A stretch of DNA of 64,000 nt, from contig CAJINV010000009.1 of NCBI GenBank assembly GCA_905178155.1, positions 1,041,415 through 1,105,414 of the forward strand. Reading direction: 5' to 3'. Every line of letters begins with the position of its first letter. The stretch's first letter is position 1. Made by a program: the position numbers and the translations under genes. Shown here piece after piece: positions 58,205-64,000 of the stretch. Source of the stretch: Amoebophrya sp. A120 (Eukaryota > Protista > Dinoflagellata). Below the pieces are notes generated by a model. It saw nothing but the letters and a program-made list of their open reading frames with translations, did not search any database and was not told the origin of the DNA.

Positions 58205-61200
58205 CTAGAGCTGACTGCTCTTCGCTTCCGTAATGTGTCGGTGGCCTGTGACGAACGGGTGTCCGCAATCCTGAAGCGGCGCGATCCAGATTTCCTCTCG
58301 CCTCCTTGGCTCGTACTGGGCTCCCACATTTGTCAGCAACCACTTCCGGAGTTCCTCTCGAGATGCACATCGTTGTGCGTCCATAGTGATAGGCTCGAGG
58401 GGACGGTAATCTTCCGTTGTCTTTCTTTTTGCGCTGGCACCGGTCTTCTGGGCTTTTGCATCAGCCGCCTCCTTTTCGATTGTTACTTTTTTCTCGTACT
58501 CAGCCGCTACCTGCAACGCGGATTCTCGAAACAAGGCTTTCACCGCCCCTTTCCTTAGTTCCAACGCCCTTCGTGGACGAAACGCCTCCTCCGCGTACGC
58601 AACCGAAAGCTCGTGTGGTGTAGGATAATTTTTTGCAGGTTCAGAGCTGCTGGACGTGACACTAGTGTACAACTTGTTGATCTCGGATAACGGCAGAACG
58701 TGATCTTGGATGAAGAACAAATCTTGGTCACGGGGATAGTAATCCAGTTCCGTGAGGTACCAGCGAAGACTTACCGAAGCCCCGGCGTCGAGAGCAGTCT
58801 TGACCAGAATTATGTCCTTCGAATTGCCCCCCGCGAGAAAATCTCGTGCCTCCGCAACAGAAGAAAAGCGGACCTCGGCTATGGTATCTTTCGTTTCCTG
58901 AGTGCACTTGGCACCGCAGAGCGCCTCCAGTACCCCACGGTACGCATGCTGGGCTGAAGCGCACGACCCGGATGACGCTGCTGCAATGCGCATTATATTC
59001 CTTTCCTCCCTCTTGTGTTCAGTGACCGGGAAAACAAGCTTCCAAATGAACCGATTTGCGGGGAGAAATCCAGCGCGGGAAAACAGATCTACCAAGTCGG
59101 ACCGACCACGATTGTGTGTGGTGAGGCAATTCCTTCTTAGCAGTGAGCTCTTGCGTTTTCGCCGACGCCGAGAATAATGGTGTCTGCATGGGGATAAGCA
59201 GGGGTGCTGCTCATCGGACGGCACGTCGACGGCGGGCGTGCCCATCAGCTGCGAGAACATTGCGTAGTCAGCCTTGTCGACTGTGTACTGATAATCATCG
59301 TGCCTACAAACCTCTTTCTCGAGCTTCTCTAGATTTTCTGCAGTGGCACGTAAATCGCATAGCACTCGCTTGTCTCCCAGAAACTCTCGAAGTCGCAGAT
59401 AGTCCGGAATCCCAGCAAGATCTACGTCGGTGGGCTGCGACTTGACCAGCCCGTAGCCCTTTTCGCCGCGCCAATTGAAGGTCAAAGCATCGACGAGTTC
59501 CGCGCGGACAACAAACGGGCATCTGTATCTGGGATTTCTCGGATCCAGCTCCTCTCGCGGTCCACTGGTCATGGTCAACATGGAAAACAGATGCTCGTCG
59601 ACATAAGGGTGCAGTGCTTTCGCCGCAGCAGCAGCACCGTCGCGGCCTCCGAACGCAAGACAAAGCTCCTCGCCAAAAGTGACCGGCCCCCCGTCGTCAC
59701 GTATGGAGCCCACCTGTGACCGCCAACAAGAGTCAGACGACCACGAGTGAAATTCTGTTTGCAGAAGCTCGTAATCCTGGCATCGTACTCGTGCTTTGAA
59801 TGGAGGCACAACCAACTTGAGAACGCCAACAATTCCCAACCGTACCTGGGTCGGCATCTTATGTAGAATATCGATCTCGGCAAACACATTTTTTCGCGAA
59901 TGTGCATCGACGCGCTCCAACGTCGACGAATACGGAAACGCACAGGGATCTTGGTCGCCACAAAGGGGTGCAGGCCAAGCAAAGAGGCGCATGAATGGCA
60001 GCTCCCGTCCGACAAGGGGGACGCCATTGCAACAATTGCGAGTTGCACGAGCCAAGGACCCTCCGTGAATCAAATCACTCTCCATGTTGCTTGCGGTGGT
60101 CACCCAATGGGTGACAGCTACGTGATTCTCTACCTCCACCTTCTGAACCTGACCTGCCACTGGCCGGCTTACTTCTTCAGCATACTGTTTTGCTTCACTT
60201 TGTGCATTCGCTTGTTTAGCCTTACCCAGCTCCATGGCAGCCCCCATCTGCGATCCTTCAGAATGAGACAGAGACTGGAGAGAGGATGAAAACTCGGCGA
60301 GCCGCTTCATTCTCTGCAGAAAGTGCTTCGTTTCGCGGTTGTAAGCCAGAGCGTCCTCCTCCGTGACGAAAGAGTTTGACCCGGAGACGGGAAGCGCATT
60401 GTCGGCTTTCGTCAAAATGCCGCCGACAGTCGCGAAGGCCGCTGCAGCCCCGGGAATATCTGGATCTGTCAAATGACGCGATCTCCAGCGGCAAATAGGC
60501 AGTCCCGTAAGAATATCTAGATCTGGCACTCGAAGGTATTGGTAGGCGTCAGGACGATTTGGACTGCCACCACTACTGTCCGCGAAAGATACGGGTTCCC
60601 CGTCCATAATGGACAGCCGCGGCTGGTAGTAGACGACAGCTCTTTCAATAACTGCTGGCGTTGCTAGCGACGCCAGGCAATCATCGTCCTCGCCACGCAA
60701 GTTTCCGAATGACGTTGACGCACAACCACGCCGTTGCGTCGCGAGACCGGCAGATGCCAACGCATCCACCAAAAGTCGGTCTCTGCCGGCGAGGCGCTTT
60801 CTTGCGTGATTCCGCAGGGGCTTGGCGGTGCTGTCACTCCTGAAAGGAAACAAATCTCTTCGGGAGTACGGCATGTGGGACGGAAACCCGACGACGCCGC
60901 CGCTCGGCAGGAAGTTCTCCGATTCCCAGAGCTGTGAAAGAACAACTTGCAACGTCTGCACGTCTAGATGCGGTACACGATCGGTATCCTCTGTGTCTTC
61001 GATCCTCAAACTGGTTTCCTCGTGCTCTTCTTCTGCAGGAGTCAACACCCACTGCTTCCTGTACTCTTCCCCATCAAACCGGTCATCTTCTAGGACGTCC
61101 TCCGCTAGTTCCCCAGCGGATTTGCGAATTCGCCGCTCCTCTTTGAGAAGTACCCGCGCCACCTCCTGGGCAGCCTCATTCCTGGTTCGAAACTCCAAGT

Positions 61201-63484
61201 TGTGAAACTCCGTAAACTCTGGGTGCTCGAGCACAAAACGCAGAGGACGCCGGCGCCGCACGTGTTGCTCGTTCTCATCCTCCTCGTCGTCGGAAAAAGC
61301 TAGCTCGTCAAGCAGCAACGCGCGGTCAATCAGCTGGGTCTTTCGCTTCCGAAGTATGCGAAACACCGCAACTGCGGCATGGCCGTGAGTGAACCCGTAC
61401 ATGGAAAGATTGGTTCCGCGCACAACAGCAAGACTCCCGAGCTGCTTGTGGGGATCTTTCGGCTTTGGCGAATCGGCGTTCCCGCCTTCTGCTGCGTCGC
61501 ATATCTTGCTCATTTTGGACGACGTTTCGGCCTTCGGGTTCTCCTCTACTCGGAGGTACTGCTGATATTCGGACGGAATTTCTTCGAGACGAAATCCCAG
61601 GGGCAGCTCTACACGACGGCCATCCGCCGTTTTCTCCCAGTGTTTACCCCAGTTTTCTTTCTGAAAAGTACGAAACTGAGTATGAATCTCATCAACCACG
61701 TCTCCGACCTCGGCACTGTCAAAAAGATGCGAGTCACAGAACGCGCCCGAGGAGAGCGATATCGCTAGTGTTCCAACAGTTCGTGCTCGCACGTCGTCGC
61801 GACGTCTTAGCACATCATAGTCGCTGGTCCACGCGTACTCCTGTGCATCTTCGGGCTGCTGCTGGTCATCGTTTGCCGCTTCAGTGTTTGCCGCGTCTTC
61901 CTCATCGGAGGACGACCCATAAAGGTTGCGGCGCTCTTCGTCCGCATCGGGGCCATCGTGAAACACAGCGTTACGCACAGTCCTGTGCCGCCCGGGAAAT
62001 TCTTTTCCGTCGCGACCGCGAAAACGGCTGCTCGGCAGCGAATCGCGCGTCCGACTCTCTATCGCTCGAGGGCCTGGTAAAACTTCGGCAGTTCTTTGTT
62101 TCGCACGCAGCTCCTTCATAAAGTGTTCGTAGTCGACATCTTCATCATCAGATTTCGCCTCTAACGGAGTGAGCACATCAACTCGTGTGAAACCGGACGG
62201 CCCAATGGTTCTGGTTGCTTTTTCGAGTACATAATCCGCTTCAGCGCGCCATTCGCATGAAAGTCTACCGGCTGATTCTACTGAATATTCCTTTTTCGGA
62301 ATTCGATTGTCCGTCCAGTAGTGGTTTTTTCTCTGCATGCGCTCTGGATCTCGGTCGACTTCTTTTGGCGTGCATCCGGCATCCAGCCGAACGAACTCGA
62401 ACTCAATATCAAAATCGAACCCGAGCTCGTGGCGTAACGTTTCCGCAATATCGCTTTTCTGTCGATCATTTAGAAACTCAACTAGCGGCACGTCACCAAC
62501 AAAAACCTCGATTGCGGCTTTACTCAGCGATGTGCAGTAATCCGCATTCTCAAACGGCGCATACCCCCCATCGGCGCAGCAACTGTTGCGGTAGCCTCCC
62601 GATGGCGGTGTTCGATATGTAGTCAGCCCGGGAGGCAGCACTGCACGTGCGCGGCGATTTCCGTGATTCATGTGACCGACTCGTTTCATCTGGGAAAAGA
62701 GCGCTCCGTACCGCCGATGCTGATCAAGAACAATCATGTTCTGTAGAGTATCCTCAAAGTCTAGCGGCTTTTGTTTGATTTTCTGCGCTTCCGCAGGCTT
62801 TTCTCTTTTAGGGCAAGATGAGGTCATTCCGGTATTATTCTCCGCGCCTTTTATTTGCTTTGGTGGTACTACGGCGGCGCCGGCTGGCGCCGGTTCGGCG
62901 GGTGAATCCTTGCTCACACTGTTACCAGACGTATCCGGTGCAATATCTGCTGCAGAAGATGCAGAATCCTCTTTCGTGGCTGCTTCCTTGACAGAGCCGG
63001 GGTCGTCTTTCCCGACCCTGCTTCCTGGCTGGTTTTCTTTTCCCGCCCGCGCCTTTTCGTGGCTCGCAACAAACTGTGCCATCAGGCCCTCGTTTTCTGC
63101 ATCAGCATCCAGTAGCTCCTGGAAAGACCTACGCTGGAAGACAAATCCACGTTGCTCCTGTACCTGCGGGTCGTGGAGGTTCTCGGCAGTTTCAGAAGAT
63201 TCTTTCGTGCTGACCAAATCCTCGCTCTTTTTCAGCCGAACCGCTACAGGTTCGGCAGAGTCCAAGAAGACAGGAATAGCGAAGGTGTCTTTAGGGCCGC
63301 GCCCGTCTAAAACGTTCCGGAGTAAGTGTAAGCCAGCGTCCGTGTCTATCCCTTGAGCGTCCACTACAGGTGCCGGATTTGCCTGCTGCGCCCTCGCCAC
63401 CTCGTCCAGCAGCAGGTCAAATGTCTTCATATTCCTCTGACGCTCGAACGCCAACTGCATTTTGAAGCACAAATGCTGTTTCAC
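58205..63484 (-). CDS. ~1,750-aa hypothetical protein, possibly with a degenerate 2OG-Fe(II) oxygenase-associated region
   Basis: 5.3-kb open frame. TVGTLAISLSS and FLPSGGVVGFPSHMPY...LAGRDRLL weakly resemble uncharacterised 2OG-Fe(II) oxygenase-like proteins. The 5' end is uncertain. Confidence 0.75.
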   Translation of the reverse strand: MKQHLCFKMQLAFERQRNMKTFDLLLDEVARAQQANPAPVVDAQGIDTDAGLHLLRNVLDGRGPKDTFAIPVFLDSAEPVAVRLKKSEDLVSTKESSETAENLHDPQVQEQRGFVFQRRSFQELLDADAENEGLMAQFVASHEKARAGKENQPGSRVGKDDPGSVKEAATKEDSASSAADIAPDTSGNSVSKDSPAEPAPAGAAVVPPKQIKGAENNTGMTSSCPKREKPAEAQKIKQKPLDFEDTLQNMIVLDQHRRYGALFSQMKRVGHMNHGNRRARAVLPPGLTTYRTPPSGGYRNSCCADGGYAPFENADYCTSLSKAAIEVFVGDVPLVEFLNDRQKSDIAETLRHELGFDFDIEFEFVRLDAGCTPKEVDRDPERMQRKNHYWTDNRIPKKEYSVESAGRLSCEWRAEADYVLEKATRTIGPSGFTRVDVLTPLEAKSDDEDVDYEHFMKELRAKQRTAEVLPGPRAIESRTRDSLPSSRFRGRDGKEFPGRHRTVRNAVFHDGPDADEERRNLYGSSSDEEDAANTEAANDDQQQPEDAQEYAWTSDYDVLRRRDDVRARTVGTLAISLSSGAFCDSHLFDSAEVGDVVDEIHTQFRTFQKENWGKHWEKTADGRRVELPLGFRLEEIPSEYQQYLRVEENPKAETSSKMSKICDAAEGGNADSPKPKDPHKQLGSLAVVRGTNLSMYGFTHGHAAVAVFRILRKRKTQLIDRALLLDELAFSDDEEDENEQHVRRRRPLRFVLEHPEFTEFHNLEFRTRNEAAQEVARVLLKEERRIRKSAGELAEDVLEDDRFDGEEYRKQWVLTPAEEEHEETSLRIEDTEDTDRVPHLDVQTLQVVLSQLWESENFLPSGGVVGFPSHMPYSRRDLFPFRSDSTAKPLRNHARKRLAGRDRLLVDALASAGLATQRRGCASTSFGNLRGEDDDCLASLATPAVIERAVVYYQPRLSIMDGEPVSFADSSGGSPNRPDAYQYLRVPDLDILTGLPICRWRSRHLTDPDIPGAAAAFATVGGILTKADNALPVSGSNSFVTEEDALAYNRETKHFLQRMKRLAEFSSSLQSLSHSEGSQMGAAMELGKAKQANAQSEAKQYAEEVSRPVAGQVQKVEVENHVAVTHWVTTASNMESDLIHGGSLARATRNCCNGVPLVGRELPFMRLFAWPAPLCGDQDPCAFPYSSTLERVDAHSRKNVFAEIDILHKMPTQVRLGIVGVLKLVVPPFKARVRCQDYELLQTEFHSWSSDSCWRSQVGSIRDDGGPVTFGEELCLAFGGRDGAAAAAKALHPYVDEHLFSMLTMTSGPREELDPRNPRYRCPFVVRAELVDALTFNWRGEKGYGLVKSQPTDVDLAGIPDYLRLREFLGDKRVLCDLRATAENLEKLEKEVCRHDDYQYTVDKADYAMFSQLMGTPAVDVPSDEQHPCLSPCRHHYSRRRRKRKSSLLRRNCLTTHNRGRSDLVDLFSRAGFLPANRFIWKLVFPVTEHKREERNIMRIAAASSGSCASAQHAYRGVLEALCGAKCTQETKDTIAEVRFSSVAEARDFLAGGNSKDIILVKTALDAGASVSLRWYLTELDYYPRDQDLFFIQDHVLPLSEINKLYTSVTSSSSEPAKNYPTPHELSVAYAEEAFRPRRALELRKGAVKALFRESALQVAAEYEKKVTIEKEAADAKAQKTGASAKRKTTEDYRPLEPITMDAQRCASREELRKWLLTNVGAQYEPRRREEIWIAPLQDCGHPFVTGHRHITEAKSSQL

Positions 63485-64000
63485 TTAAACAAGGAATACC
63501 CACAGGCAAGCTTCCTATCTCTAAACGCAGATCAAGATCATTTCAGCGACTGTGGTAGAAGACCACTGGGAAAAAAACGAAACTGAACAAAATATCTTCT
63601 TCTACAGATCGAAGTGAGGATCTATGTGTCTCGGTGCGCTTCCATAATGAAAAAGCCAACATACTCACTGCGATCGCTTGTGATTCTGGCTGGATCGTTT
63701 ATCATGCTGTGGCTGTCCGCGTACATCTGCTTTGTCCTCATGTGCGAAACGAAGCTTTCGTGGCAGCACATGATAACTTTGTGGAACCACAATTCTTCCA
63801 GCAAAAAAGAGCAACGCGCGAAAATGTCAAGAACAGTGGTCGCGCTGATAGCTCCTGACACCAAAGTGAACCAACGCGTCATGGAAATGAGAGGAACACA
63901 AATGTTCACCCACGGAACATTTCGATCGAAATCGAAAGAGGATACCAGTTGTGATGAAAGTTCTGGAGATGCTGCCTGGGAAGGCTGCGAACTTTTTTCT

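Noticed and set aside
483-63858. Numerous plus-strand ORFs up to 300 aa (e.g. 20528..21430, 16590..17336, 13024..13698)
   Set aside because: Nearly all are antisense shadows of GC3-rich minus-strand genes and have no recognisable motifs.

Overview
Eukaryotic genomic DNA with about 14 protein-coding genes. All lie on the minus strand, most have short GT-AG introns, and many carry long S/T/A/G-rich insertions. Co-orientation plus non-canonical introns with inverted and direct repeats fits a parasitic dinoflagellate such as Amoebophrya (Syndiniales). That assignment is an inference, not a database result. Recognisable genes: a giant (>4,700 aa) TRANK1-like UvrD helicase, a single-pass membrane protein with an ADP-ribosyltransferase-like (H-Y-x) domain, an Ataxin-10-family protein, a CAMKK-like kinase, a C2-like/coiled-coil/GAS2 protein and XRN1. 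Four observations stand out. (i) Three copies of a 264-bp TIR element sit in one reading frame in both orientations, and the two intact ones restore the frame when removed with one copy of their 3-bp duplication, so they behave as introners. (ii) An unrelated 174-bp IR/DR non-canonical intron shares the same AG|T...AG| junction geometry. (iii) The kinase intron holds a tandem pair of dual-guide C/D box snoRNAs. (iv) The membrane-anchored ART-like protein is a candidate effector. Exon structures were reconstructed by eye and need RNA-seq confirmation.
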